From Fibrobacteraceae bacterium (GTDB lineage Bacteria; Fibrobacterota; Fibrobacteria; Fibrobacterales; Fibrobacteraceae): 46,356 nt of DNA. The DNA lies in the NCBI GenBank assembly GCA_045615885.1, contig JAZLFR010000018.1:1-46356 (forward strand), in the 5' to 3' direction. Each line of letters begins with the position of its first letter. The stretch's first letter is position 1. Shown here piece after piece: positions 35,524 to 44,390 of the stretch. The notes under the pieces are model-generated. The model ran no database searches, was not told the origin of the DNA, and saw only the letters and a list, made by a program, of their open reading frames with translations. The translations under genes were made by a program, and so were the position numbers.

Positions 35524-37062
35524 TCAATTTCCAAATCTCATCTTCGTCACAGCGATGGGAAACTCCTCAATCTCGCTCGACCATACCGCCGTGCCTTTGC
35601 CGTGGATAACTTCCCAACAAAGCGGAAAGCCTCCGATTCCGTCAAACAGACTTCCGAGCGTCGCGCCGTCCGGCAGATGCTTTGCCATCCGGCAGAACAT
35701 CCAGTACCAGAAAGGCAGGGCGATGGAATTGCCGAGCGCCTTGTAGCGCGGAGTGTCGGACGGCTTGCGTTTCTTGCCCTTGCTGTCCGTCCATTCGCCG
35801 ATGTCTGTCCAGCCGTCGGGAAAGCCTTGAAGCCGTTCGCATTCGGTCGGTGTAAGGCGGCGAACAATCCAGCGGATTTTTCTTTCGCAACGCAAAACTT
35901 CGCTACCGCCACCGTAGGACGCACCTTTTTCGTGCAGCGTCACGGATTTATCGTCCTGTTGCCAGTTGAAAAAACGTGTTTCGGCAAATGTCGTTCTCTC
36001 GCACACTGCCACGCCGCCTTGATTGCAAGCCGGATTTCCTCCGTTCAGATCAAGCGTCCGGCTCGTGTCGGCCTCATAGGTACCGCTGTTCAGATTCGGC
36101 GATTTCATGGCGTTGCTGTCAAAAGACGATATGCCGTAGCATTTCGGCTCGCATACAAGATCAGTTGCGTCCTTGTAGTCTCTCTGCTTGCACGAGCTTC
36201 CAACCTCTTTATCGGCATATTCCCCGATTGCCTGCATGGTATAGGCAACGGGATTAACGCAGTTATACGAAAAGCCGCCGTTCTCTTTCGCCTGTAATGC
36301 CCCGCTCTTTTCCTCGTTCACGACTCCGTTGCGCCCGTCGAGCGTGTAGGCAACAGTTCCCATTTGGAAAGCACAAGATCCCGCCTGTAAAGTCGCCCCG
36401 CATTCTTTTTGAAAACCTACGCTTCCCGCGCCGGCGCTCGCCTTTGCGCAGAATCCGTATGCCATTCGATCATTGACCGCAACGCCATCTCCAGAATTTC
36501 CGGCAGCTTCTTCCTGCGTCGGCTCGCCCTGTTCAAAATCCCCTGGCAAGCCCTCGCGCTCAAATAGTATCTCTCCGGCGCGTTGACCTCCAAAATCTGC
36601 GACAAGCGCGATTCTACGGCGGCGTTGGGGCACTCCCCAGTATTGAGCGTCGTGAGTTCGCCAAGCGATAGACCACCCATCACCGTCGATAGCTCCGGCC
36701 TTTGTCCACTTTTGCTTGTCCGGCAATCGAGGTAAAGAAAAGTCTGTTTCGACGATACGGACAACCTCCTCCAGCACGGCGCGGAAGTCATCTCCTCCGT
36801 TACTGCTGAAAGCTCCGGGAACATTTTCCCAGACCAGAAAACGGGGTCGAATAAATCTACCCATCCGTCCGTTGCGCTTATCATTTTCCCTCATCTCCTT
36901 TACCACTCTGACCTGCTCCATAAACAGACTGCTTCGCGCTCCGGCGAGTCCTGCGCGTTTTCCTGCAACGGATAAGTCCTGACACGGACTGCCGCCCGTG
37001 ATGCACCAGACAGGCTCTATCTCGGCACCGTTGATTTTGGTTATATCTCCAAGATGCTTCAT
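35524..37062 (-). CDS. DNA (cytosine-5)-methyltransferase with circularly permuted motif order (III-IV-VI-VIII-TRD-IX-X-I-II)
   Basis: N-terminus HLGDITKI...GGSPCQDLS (motifs III/IV); VWENVPG (VI); QRRRRIALVA (VIII); C-terminus RLTPTECERLQGFPDGW (IX), RYKALGNSIALPFWYWM (X), then LFDGIGGF...SSEIEEFPIAVTKMRFGN (motifs I/II). Confidence 0.85.
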   Translation of the reverse strand: MKHLGDITKINGAEIEPVWCITGGSPCQDLSVAGKRAGLAGARSSLFMEQVRVVKEMRENDKRNGRMGRFIRPRFLVWENVPGAFSSNGGDDFRAVLEEVVRIVETDFSLPRLPDKQKWTKAGAIDGDGWSIAWRTHDAQYWGVPQRRRRIALVADFGGQRAGEILFEREGLPGDFEQGEPTQEEAAGNSGDGVAVNDRMAYGFCAKASAGAGSVGFQKECGATLQAGSCAFQMGTVAYTLDGRNGVVNEEKSGALQAKENGGFSYNCVNPVAYTMQAIGEYADKEVGSSCKQRDYKDATDLVCEPKCYGISSFDSNAMKSPNLNSGTYEADTSRTLDLNGGNPACNQGGVAVCERTTFAETRFFNWQQDDKSVTLHEKGASYGGGSEVLRCERKIRWIVRRLTPTECERLQGFPDGWTDIGEWTDSKGKKRKPSDTPRYKALGNSIALPFWYWMFCRMAKHLPDGATLGSLFDGIGGFPLCWEVIHGKGTAVWSSEIEEFPIAVTKMRFGN

Positions 37063-37883
37063 TTTACGTCACCCTCAACGAAACAATCACACAGCATCTT
37101 TTCTTTTGCGCCTTGGTAAAATTTTTTATCAATTTCAAATCCAAATGCGCTTCTCCCCGTGTCTTTCGCCGCCCGAAGCGTTGATCCGCTTCCGCAACAC
37201 GGGTCTATAACAACATCATCTGCATCGGTAAAAATCTCGATAAGGCGTTTCAAAACCGCGACAGGCTTTTGCGTCGGATGTATTTTCGGTATATCTTTAC
37301 CGTCTCGCTCCCACGGAAACCAGTCAAAAACCATTTTCCCTGTTCCGCGAATCGGTTTTCCCGTTTCCTCATCCATCTTCCTTCCGTTGTTGAATTTCGG
37401 CAGTTTGTCGCGATACAAAACAACGGCAAATTCGGTTGCTCCGACAATTCTCATATTTGCCTTCAGCACCTGCGCCGAATAATTCTTGCAAAAAAACAAC
37501 GGATACCAGTTTGCAAATCCGTATTTTTTTCCATATTCAACAACGGTCTGAATCTGATCAAAGGCACAGAAAACGATCATGGCAGGCGCTTTTCCTTTTT
37601 CTTTCGGCTCCGGTTTCAAAAGCCTGCTGCAAAAGTGCATATATTCGGCTATTTTGAAATAACCGTCGGAATTAAAAAACGACTTTTTCGCCAATCCGCT
37701 TTCGCCGTTTTTATTGTCTCCGCCGTTGTACCACATAGGATTACTTCCGTATGCGTCCGCGCCGACATTATACGGAATATCTGCTATAACAAGCTGCGCT
37801 TTCGGGATGTTGTATTTTTTGAAGTTTTGAAAATTGTCGTTGAAGATTTCTATGCGCTGTTTCTTTCTGTGTTGTTCAGTCAT
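37059..37883 (-). CDS. N6-adenine/N4-cytosine DNA methyltransferase (beta-class, N6_N4_Mtase family)
   Basis: DIPYN (motif IV) precedes VIDPCCGSGST (motif I); start MTEQHRKK. Confidence 0.75.
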   Translation of the reverse strand: MTEQHRKKQRIEIFNDNFQNFKKYNIPKAQLVIADIPYNVGADAYGSNPMWYNGGDNKNGESGLAKKSFFNSDGYFKIAEYMHFCSRLLKPEPKEKGKAPAMIVFCAFDQIQTVVEYGKKYGFANWYPLFFCKNYSAQVLKANMRIVGATEFAVVLYRDKLPKFNNGRKMDEETGKPIRGTGKMVFDWFPWERDGKDIPKIHPTQKPVAVLKRLIEIFTDADDVVIDPCCGSGSTLRAAKDTGRSAFGFEIDKKFYQGAKEKMLCDCFVEGDVK

Positions 37884-38045
37884 TTGTAAAAACCATCTTT
37901 CTCCTGTCTCACCGTGCATCGATCTCCCGGCGGGCACGGCCTCCTTTTTCCGTGAAAGTCATAATACCGGCAAATCTCCATGATGACCGTGCCGTCGCCG
38001 CCGCGCACCACCCCAAAAAGCTCACAGCCTTGGCAGCGCTCCGTG

Positions 38046-38315
38046 TCAACCGGCAACGCCCGTCACGATCTCCAGCATTTTGTCCACGGCCTTTTGAAAA
38101 ATATCTTTCGTCATGGCGCTGTCCCGCTCGGCGATATACACAGTTTCGCCGTTGGCAACGTCGTAGTAATGGATCTCAAACCACTTTGCCCCGTTGTAGC
38201 ACAGCGAAAAAACGCGGTTCTTATTCATGCCGTTTGCCACGGCGCACAGCCTGACGAGCTGCGCCATATAATCCGCCACCATCAGAGTGTCCTTTTGCAG
38301 CGGTCTTTCGGTCAT
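38046..38315 (-). CDS. Hypothetical protein
   Basis: ORF. Confidence 0.35.
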   Translation of the reverse strand: MTERPLQKDTLMVADYMAQLVRLCAVANGMNKNRVFSLCYNGAKWFEIHYYDVANGETVYIAERDSAMTKDIFQKAVDKMLEIVTGVAG

Positions 38316-38321
38316 GGTGTG

Positions 38322-38882
38322 TTACCTCCCAGAAATCAATACCGGCACACCACCCTCGCCGTTTGTAACCGTCCACGGCTTCAAATCGTTTTCAGTCACA
38401 TACTTGTGCCCGAAAAACAGCTTCATGTCTTTCCAGATCGCCCACGGGATTTTGTAGATGCCGCCCGAGGAAAACCCGCAGATCACCCAGCATTGAGCGC
38501 CGAAGCTCCTGTGCTCATCCAGCTTCTTTGCCTGATCCGCCGTGACCCTGTCCTGCGTGATCCTGTCCGTTGATGTAAACTTTGCCTCAAACACAGCCAT
38601 CACGCCTCCGGCGAGCTCGCCCGAGAAATCCACATCGGACTTCTTTTCGTAGACGGCGACGAATCGACCGCCGCCGAGGTCTTTAATCGGCTTCATCGGC
38701 TCGTGGCTTTTCGATATGTTGGCATATCCCGCCCGCTTCGCTGCGGCAAATCCGGCAAGCAGACGGCTTTCAAAAAAGCGTCCCTGCGCATGGTTTACCT
38801 TTCCCTGCCACTGCGCAGCCGGATCTTTTCCGTGCTGATCGCGATGATACTCCACGTTCTCACCTCCGCCCGATCCTGTCAA
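38322..38882 (-). CDS. PD-(D/E)xK nuclease, RecU-like Holliday junction resolvase
   Basis: SDVDFSGELAGGVMAVFEAKFT matches the D...ExK catalytic motif pattern of RecU. Confidence 0.5.
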   Translation of the reverse strand: MTGSGGGENVEYHRDQHGKDPAAQWQGKVNHAQGRFFESRLLAGFAAAKRAGYANISKSHEPMKPIKDLGGGRFVAVYEKKSDVDFSGELAGGVMAVFEAKFTSTDRITQDRVTADQAKKLDEHRSFGAQCWVICGFSSGGIYKIPWAIWKDMKLFFGHKYVTENDLKPWTVTNGEGGVPVLISGR

Positions 38883-38954
38883 CGAGACGGCAAAAGATTA
38901 GCAGCAGTGGAATGGAAAGCATCCAGAATATATCCGCGTTGGCTCCGTGTCGCA

Positions 38955-39716
38955 TCATCCGCACGCCTCCTTGTATTCCTCGTCAAAAGCAGGATGCAAA
39001 GCCAAATACTCCCGAAGAGGAATGCCGCGCAGTAATGCAAGGGCTTTTATTTGACTTCGTCGTTCCCCATCCATGTGATATTTCTGGATAAACTCTTCCT
39101 CGCTGATCCCGCGAGCATCAGCAAGGAGTTTAATTTGCTCCTCGCGTTCTTCCTCAAAACTTTTTCTCTCGCTCTCCCGCCGCGGCTCGCAAGCCGCGGA
39201 GCAGCCGCGCACGCGCTCGGGCGCGGGCGTATTCTTTCCTTCGTTCTCGACTACGTCTGGTTTCTCGTCTGTATTTGTACTTCTCGACTGTACTTCTACT
39301 TCTACTTCTCGGGCGCATTTGTTATCATCTGATATCAGTTGATAACATCCGTTATCATCTGCTATCAAGTGATAACATCCGTTATCAGATGGCGGCTCCG
39401 GAAATTTTGAGAACTTCGACCGGATCTGCTGGTGCTTTTCCCAATTTTGCAGTGCAAGGAACGGCCGCCCGTCTACTTCGTAGAGGGCAACCAAGCCAAG
39501 CGTCGCAAGCCTGTTGAGGGCATCGGCAATCGCTTTCTTTGTCACATTCTCATTTAAGGGAAAAAGCGCGGCGCGTAATATGGCAGGCCGCGCATCTCCC
39601 CGCCCGTAGTCGTCCAGATATACGATCAGATCGTCATAAACGACCCGCTCAAACCATGTCAGTTTTGAAATGCGCTCCGAAGTGAGAATGCAGTCTTTCA
39701 ACATTCTGTTCGGCAT
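38955..39716 (-). CDS. Replication initiator / replisome organizer (phage_rep_org_N-like winged helix)
   Basis: N-terminus ...YLDDYGRGDARPAILRAALFP...LALQNWEKHQQ; internal iterons. Confidence 0.6.
   Translation of the reverse strand: MPNRMLKDCILTSERISKLTWFERVVYDDLIVYLDDYGRGDARPAILRAALFPLNENVTKKAIADALNRLATLGLVALYEVDGRPFLALQNWEKHQQIRSKFSKFPEPPSDNGCYHLIADDNGCYQLISDDNKCAREVEVEVQSRSTNTDEKPDVVENEGKNTPAPERVRGCSAACEPRRESERKSFEEEREEQIKLLADARGISEEEFIQKYHMDGERRSQIKALALLRGIPLREYLALHPAFDEEYKEACG
39321..39392. repeat. Putative origin iterons inside the rep gene: 2.4 tandem copies of a 30-bp unit gttatcatctgatatcagttgataacatcc, each holding a TTATCA...TGATAA inverted repeat
   Basis: Direct reading; preceded by a tacttc x4 microrepeat at 39270..39310. 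Confidence 0.6.
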
Positions 39717-39736
39717 ATCATCTCACCAGCTTTCCG

Positions 39737-40333
39737 TTACGCCGGGATTTCCTCCCATGTAAAGCGGCCCTTGCCGCTGTTGCGCCATTGACCCATGCCG
39801 GAGAACTCGCCATAGTCAAGCCACTCGCGGATATAGTCAACATCCGCATCAACCAGACATTGCACAGTGAACTCCACACTTGCGCCGATGGGCACCTCCT
39901 CGCTGATGGCAAGGCTCACGCGCTCGCCCTGCGGCGTCTGTGCCCGCAGCGGACGCTGACAGCATCCGATTTCTCCGTCGAACAAAATCGGGATGCGGCG
40001 ATCCTTTACAAATATCAAGGTGTCGATCTCTTTCTTGAAAGCCTTGAGGCCGGCACTCTTGGTTCCCGGAACTTTTTTGTTTGCCTGCGCAGCCGCCTTG
40101 AAAAATCCCTTGATCTGATAATCCCAGAAAAACGGCGTCCCGTCGTCGAGCTTCGGAAATACCGTCATGCCCTTTTCAACCACGGCATCCACGCCGAGCG
40201 CGGCGACCTCGTCGTCCACACTCGCCGCGTCAGGGCTCTTGCTCCCGATGAAGTCGCGGTAAATATCCTCGTTGGCGCTCGCCGTGCCGAGCACCGGCTC
40301 AAAAAAAGTAAGCCTCACTTTCAGTTCTTTCAT
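39737..40333 (-). CDS. Hypothetical protein
   Basis: ORF; start MKELKVRL. Confidence 0.4.
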   Translation of the reverse strand: MKELKVRLTFFEPVLGTASANEDIYRDFIGSKSPDAASVDDEVAALGVDAVVEKGMTVFPKLDDGTPFFWDYQIKGFFKAAAQANKKVPGTKSAGLKAFKKEIDTLIFVKDRRIPILFDGEIGCCQRPLRAQTPQGERVSLAISEEVPIGASVEFTVQCLVDADVDYIREWLDYGEFSGMGQWRNSGKGRFTWEEIPA

Positions 40334-40996
40334 GCTGTTCTCCTTTTGTTTTTTGTTTGTCGTATCGTTTCCGCGCCACGCTTTTCCTTTGCAAAACATG
40401 TCTGCGCCGTACCTTACTGCTCCATGGCATCGCCAAACCTCGCAATTCCTTTGCCGCGCTCTTCATGGCTATTCCCACGCAAGGCAGTTCACCGCAATTC
40501 CATTGCGCAACAACGCCATGCTGCACCAACGCGTTGCGGTTCTAAACATATCCGCAGCATCTCTGTTCGTTGCATCCATCGCCTTTGCTATGTACTACCT
40601 AACAAGACAATGCCGATGCTATGCGTTTCGGTTCCTTGGCGACGCCACTCTCCGCAAGACCATTCTTTTCCATTGCATTGCGATTCTTCGCTCTTCCGTT
40701 GCGGTGCTATGCCGTGCCGCGCCGCACGTCGCCCTCGCCTCACACTGCCTTGCAAAACAACTCCATCGCCGTACTCGTCTATGCTAAGCACTTCCGCCGC
40801 TATGCTCCGATCTCGATCTCAAACTGCGCTTTCTTGCGCAGGTATCGGAGGATGCAGCAAGTGCAGGACACGGGGTTTACCTTCCTGCACTTGTCGATGT
40901 CGCCGGCGCATACACCGTTCTTCGCCAAACACTCGGCGGCGATATGTAACGCGCGGCTGTCTATTAGATTTTTGTCCACGGCGATCCACCCCTTTT

Positions 40997-41527
40997 CTAT
41001 AATGCGTCCACGCCGAAAAAAAACGGCGCAAGCTCCTCGCAAGCGGTCTGTATATCCTGATATACGACACGCTCGGATATGTTTTCTTTTCTCGCGATCT
41101 TGTCCACGGCCTGCCACTCTCGGTGAATAAATACGGCGTCAATGATCCGCCAGCGCCTCTTCGCCGTCTGCGCAGCGTCCGGCGCGGTGCAGCGGCGGCG
41201 GTATGCGTCCAGCATGGAATTGATATGCAGATACACAGCCTTTGTCCGCTGTGCGCTGCGCTGTATGCTTTCCACCACCACATCCACATCGCGATCCGGC
41301 GTCATAAGCTCGCGCATCAAATCGTCATAGCTCACGCGATCGGCGGTGTAGCTCGCCTCATATACGGCGCTGTCAACGAAATTTTTCAGCGTTGTATAAT
41401 TTCCGAGCAACTGCCGGACGCTCTGCGTATAGGCGGCGCGGCGCTTTTCCCGCTCGCTGTCCAGCTTATTCAGCGCAGCCTTTGCGCCGATCTCCGCCGC
41501 CAGCGTTGCGATCTTCCTCTCGTCCAT
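40997..41527 (-). CDS. ArpU-like / sigma-region-4-like phage transcriptional regulator
   Basis: C-terminal NISERVVYQDIQTACEELA HTH. Confidence 0.45.
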   Translation of the reverse strand: MDERKIATLAAEIGAKAALNKLDSEREKRRAAYTQSVRQLLGNYTTLKNFVDSAVYEASYTADRVSYDDLMRELMTPDRDVDVVVESIQRSAQRTKAVYLHINSMLDAYRRRCTAPDAAQTAKRRWRIIDAVFIHREWQAVDKIARKENISERVVYQDIQTACEELAPFFFGVDAL

Positions 41528-41559
41528 ATCTTCCTCCGTTTGCGGCCAGCCAACCGCCG

Positions 41560-41766
41560 TTAGGCTTCGGCGACCGGCGGAACGAATTTGCGGATAACGA
41601 GAAGTCCGGCCCCGTAATCCGGGATGATCTCCAGCTTGTCGCCGACCTCAAACCCGAGAACCATGCGGTACTTCTTCGGGATAACGACGCGCCCGAGATC
41701 ATCGACCTGCCGAATGATGCCGTTGGGCTTGATGTCGATTTTCTCGCCCTTGATGTTTGCTTTCAT
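41560..41766 (-). CDS. AbrB/MazE/SpoVT-family DNA-binding protein
   Basis: GRVVIPKKYRMVLGFEVGDKLEI swapped-hairpin motif; AAGGAGG RBS. Confidence 0.55.
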   Translation of the reverse strand: MKANIKGEKIDIKPNGIIRQVDDLGRVVIPKKYRMVLGFEVGDKLEIIPDYGAGLLVIRKFVPPVAEA

Positions 41767-41782
41767 GTTGCTGTCCTCCTTT

Positions 41783-41986
41783 TTAATATGTTCCGGCGCT
41801 TTCACAACAAAGCTTCCGCGCCATACTTTCGCAGGTGATGCCCTGCGCGGGTATGTCATAGTTTCGTCGCACGGTTCGGGCGCTGATCCCCAAATACTCC
41901 GCGACCTTCGCAGGCTTCATAAGGTGCCGACCGCCGTTAAACTCCAGCAGCGCGGCGAGATTGTCGCGATAATCCGGCCTCTCCAT
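41783..41986 (-). CDS. HTH (excisionase/MerR-like) DNA-binding protein
   Basis: LMKPAKVAEYLGISARTVRR. Confidence 0.45.
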   Translation of the reverse strand: MERPDYRDNLAALLEFNGGRHLMKPAKVAEYLGISARTVRRNYDIPAQGITCESMARKLCCESAGTY

Positions 41987-41990
41987 CGTT

Positions 41991-42209
41991 TTACCACCTC
42001 TTTGTTTTTTTCTTGGGATGCTTGCTGAAGTGCAGACTTCGGATGCCCTTTTCGTCAGAGCGCCAAACACCGAATTTCAATCGCCGCTTATGTTCCGTCG
42101 GATCAAAGCCGCAGCCCACGCACTTATGATCGCAATTCATCAGCGCAATGCCGCAGTTGCAGCTCACAGCCTCAACGGCGTTTTTGTTCTGCTCGTCCAT
42201 GGCATTCAA
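41991..42209 (-). CDS. Small Cys-rich protein
   Basis: CNCG...CDHKCVGCG. Confidence 0.3.
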   Translation of the reverse strand: MNAMDEQNKNAVEAVSCNCGIALMNCDHKCVGCGFDPTEHKRRLKFGVWRSDEKGIRSLHFSKHPKKKTKRW

Positions 42210-42574
42210 AACACACCGACGGCGGTAAGGATAAAGCTGACCGCGAGCGCAGCAGAAATTCCGACAAGCGCCGGAATGAGATACCTGTCCCTGCGTTTGA
42301 TTTCCTCAAGCTTATCCTCCAGATCCCGGCAGCGAAAGTAACCATCGCGAACCACATCAAGAGCCTTGGAGCACTCATCCGAGCAAGACGGAAGCGCGTC
42401 CAAAACCGCGTGAACATCGGACTTTTTGATGTACTCCACCGCGTTGTCCTTGTCCGTTGCGACGCGCGTACTCTTGAGCTTATCAACCGCATTTTTCGCA
42501 CGATTTCGGCTGACGCCTAATCGAAGGTGATTTTCCACTCCATCAAAGTAATATCTCTGTGAAAAAGTAATCAT
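42206..42574 (-). CDS. Membrane-anchored hypothetical protein (C-terminal TM)
   Basis: ALVGISAALAVSFILTAVGVF. Confidence 0.4.
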   Translation of the reverse strand: MITFSQRYYFDGVENHLRLGVSRNRAKNAVDKLKSTRVATDKDNAVEYIKKSDVHAVLDALPSCSDECSKALDVVRDGYFRCRDLEDKLEEIKRRDRYLIPALVGISAALAVSFILTAVGVF

Positions 42575-42604
42575 GCTCTTTCTCCTTTGTTCTCAATTCA
42601 AAAT

Positions 42605-43480
42605 TTATCGAAGGTCGATGATAGAAGAAGTGTCGGAGGAATCGCCGGCGTAATAAGTCGGGTATTCTCCGTTCCAGCTCTGCGCGTATGTAAACGAAAT
42701 CAGATCATCCGTAACAGAAGCGGCGATCTTTTGGTTTGCTTCCGCCTCCGCGTCGGCGGTGATCTTTGTAGCCTCCGCCTCCGCGTTTGCGCGGGCGATC
42801 ATGGCGTCAGCCTCCGCCTCCGCCTGGATCACCTGCACCTGCGCCGCAGCGTCCGCTTCGACAACAGCCTGCTCGGCTTTTGTCTGCGCGGTCAGTTTAT
42901 TCTGTGCGGCGACCTGTTTCTGCTCAACGGCGTCGGTGAACACATCCGTAAAGTCCATGTCCTCGACGGACGTGGAAACAAGCTCAATGTTGTAGCTTGC
43001 GAGTTTTTCCGAAAGATCCGCCTCAATCTTGTAAGCCAGATCGTCGCGCATCCCGATCAGATTTTCCGCAGTGTAATGCGCTGTGACGGTCTTGACGGAT
43101 TCTGTGATGCATGGCGTCACAACGGTATCGTAGTAATCGCGCCCGATGGTGGAGTAGATCGTCATGGCGTAAGCCTTCGATATCTGATAGTTGATCGTGT
43201 AGCGCATACTGACTTCCTGAATGTCGGAGCTGAAGCACAGCAGATCAACGCTTTCTTTCTGTACTCGGTTATCCATGCGCACGACCTTCTGCCACGGAGC
43301 CTTGATGTGGAAGCCGCTGTCAAGGGTGTAGTTTGCGACCTTTCCGAAAGTCGTGACAATGCCGGTATAGCCGGTTGGCACCTTCGCCGTGCAGGTCAGC
43401 AAAAACAACACGGCAATAACGATCAAAAGGCCGAGCGCGATAAAACGCTTGATGGTTTTCTTTTCTTCCTGTGAATACAT
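42605..43480 (-). CDS. SPFH/Band-7 (prohibitin/HflK-like) membrane protein
   Basis: N-terminal TM, then VPTGYTGIVTTFGKV...LDSGFHIKAPWQKVVRMDNRVQ (SPFH core), then Ala/Glu-rich coiled coil. Confidence 0.7.
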   Translation of the reverse strand: MYSQEEKKTIKRFIALGLLIVIAVLFLLTCTAKVPTGYTGIVTTFGKVANYTLDSGFHIKAPWQKVVRMDNRVQKESVDLLCFSSDIQEVSMRYTINYQISKAYAMTIYSTIGRDYYDTVVTPCITESVKTVTAHYTAENLIGMRDDLAYKIEADLSEKLASYNIELVSTSVEDMDFTDVFTDAVEQKQVAAQNKLTAQTKAEQAVVEADAAAQVQVIQAEAEADAMIARANAEAEATKITADAEAEANQKIAASVTDDLISFTYAQSWNGEYPTYYAGDSSDTSSIIDLR

Positions 43481-43544
43481 TTTTCTTTCTTCCTTTCCTT
43501 ATTTCTCCTTTTGTGCTATGCTTCGACAAAAGGAGGTGATATAA

Positions 43545-43748
43545 ATGATTCGTCCAACTCGTGAAGAAATTGTCCACGATCTCACGATGGCTTGCGTGAA
43601 CGGATATGTGATGGATACCGTTCTGAAAGCAAACCGCGATTACCCCGATGTTGGCTTTACCGACATTTCGAGTGACGTGGTTGTCGAGTATCAACTTGCT
43701 CACGAAGCTATTGATTCAATGATTTTCGTGAGTGACACTGAAGATTAA
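43545..43748 (+). CDS. Small hypothetical protein
   Basis: AAAGGAGG RBS. Confidence 0.4.
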   Translation: MIRPTREEIVHDLTMACVNGYVMDTVLKANRDYPDVGFTDISSDVVVEYQLAHEAIDSMIFVSDTED

Positions 43749-43942
43749 ATCTTCGCGGAGCGGTGAAGCATCGTGCCTGCCAGCGCGAGCACCCGCTCCG
43801 CTTCTTCATAGCTGTCCGTTCTTTCGCGGATGAAGTCGCAAAGCGCTTCTGCATCTTCTTCGTTTCTTTCCAGGCGTTCTCTCTTTTCTTTCAAGGCATT
43901 TGCGGCTTCGGATAACTCCACGCCGATGCTTCTGTTTCCCAT
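43745..43942 (-). CDS. Small hypothetical protein
   Basis: ORF. Confidence 0.3.
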   Translation of the reverse strand: MGNRSIGVELSEAANALKEKRERLERNEEDAEALCDFIRERTDSYEEAERVLALAGTMLHRSAKI

Positions 43943-44001
43943 GCTGTCTCCTTTCTAAATTTGTAATGTCGCGCCCGCGAGCGCGGGCGATGGATGCGGT
44001 G

Positions 44002-44232
44002 TCAGCTTGCTGTTTGTTGCCCATTTGGTGACCAGTAGAGCAAAAAAATATTTGCGATAAGTTCAACCGGCTTTGACAGGGCAATCGCGATGGCGGCAAC
44101 CTCTGTTACATCCGGCTCTTTCTCTGCATTGATTATTTTGTTGAGGCGCTGTCGCGGCCAGCCCATAGAGGCCGCACACGCAGATTCAGACTTATACTCC
44201 TCTTTAATCAATGCGGAAAGTTTCTCTTTCAT
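44002..44232 (-). CDS. Cro-like HTH (XRE) regulator
   Basis: MKEKLSALIKEEYKSESACAASMGWPRQRLNKIINAEKEP; divergent from the cI-like gene. Confidence 0.55.
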   Translation of the reverse strand: MKEKLSALIKEEYKSESACAASMGWPRQRLNKIINAEKEPDVTEVAAIAIALSKPVELIANIFLLYWSPNGQQTAS

Positions 44233-44390
44233 CTCGTCCAAATGCGTCTCTCCTTTCTGTCGCTCATTTGGTGACGCTACTAAAATAGCATCACCGCCTT
44301 TGTTTGTCAAGTGTTTGTTGACAAAATTTTTAGAAATGTCTTGTTTTTGGTGACGCAATATGTTATAGTGCGCTTCGAGGAGGAGTGAAC
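44233..44390. promoter_or_regulatory. Divergent lysogeny-switch region. Candidate minus-strand promoter: -35 revcomp of 44303-08, -10 revcomp of 44281-86. Candidate + strand promoter: -35 TTGTTT 44341-46, extended -10 TGtTATAGT 44361-69. Operator repeats TTTGGTGAC(G/C)C at 44021-30, 44267-77, 44346-56 and partner TAGCATCACC at 44286-95.
   Basis: Sequence reading. Confidence 0.45.

Noticed and set aside
39788-41002. 404-aa + strand ORF
   Set aside because: Antisense across several minus-strand genes and the repeat-rich gap; composition unlike a real protein.
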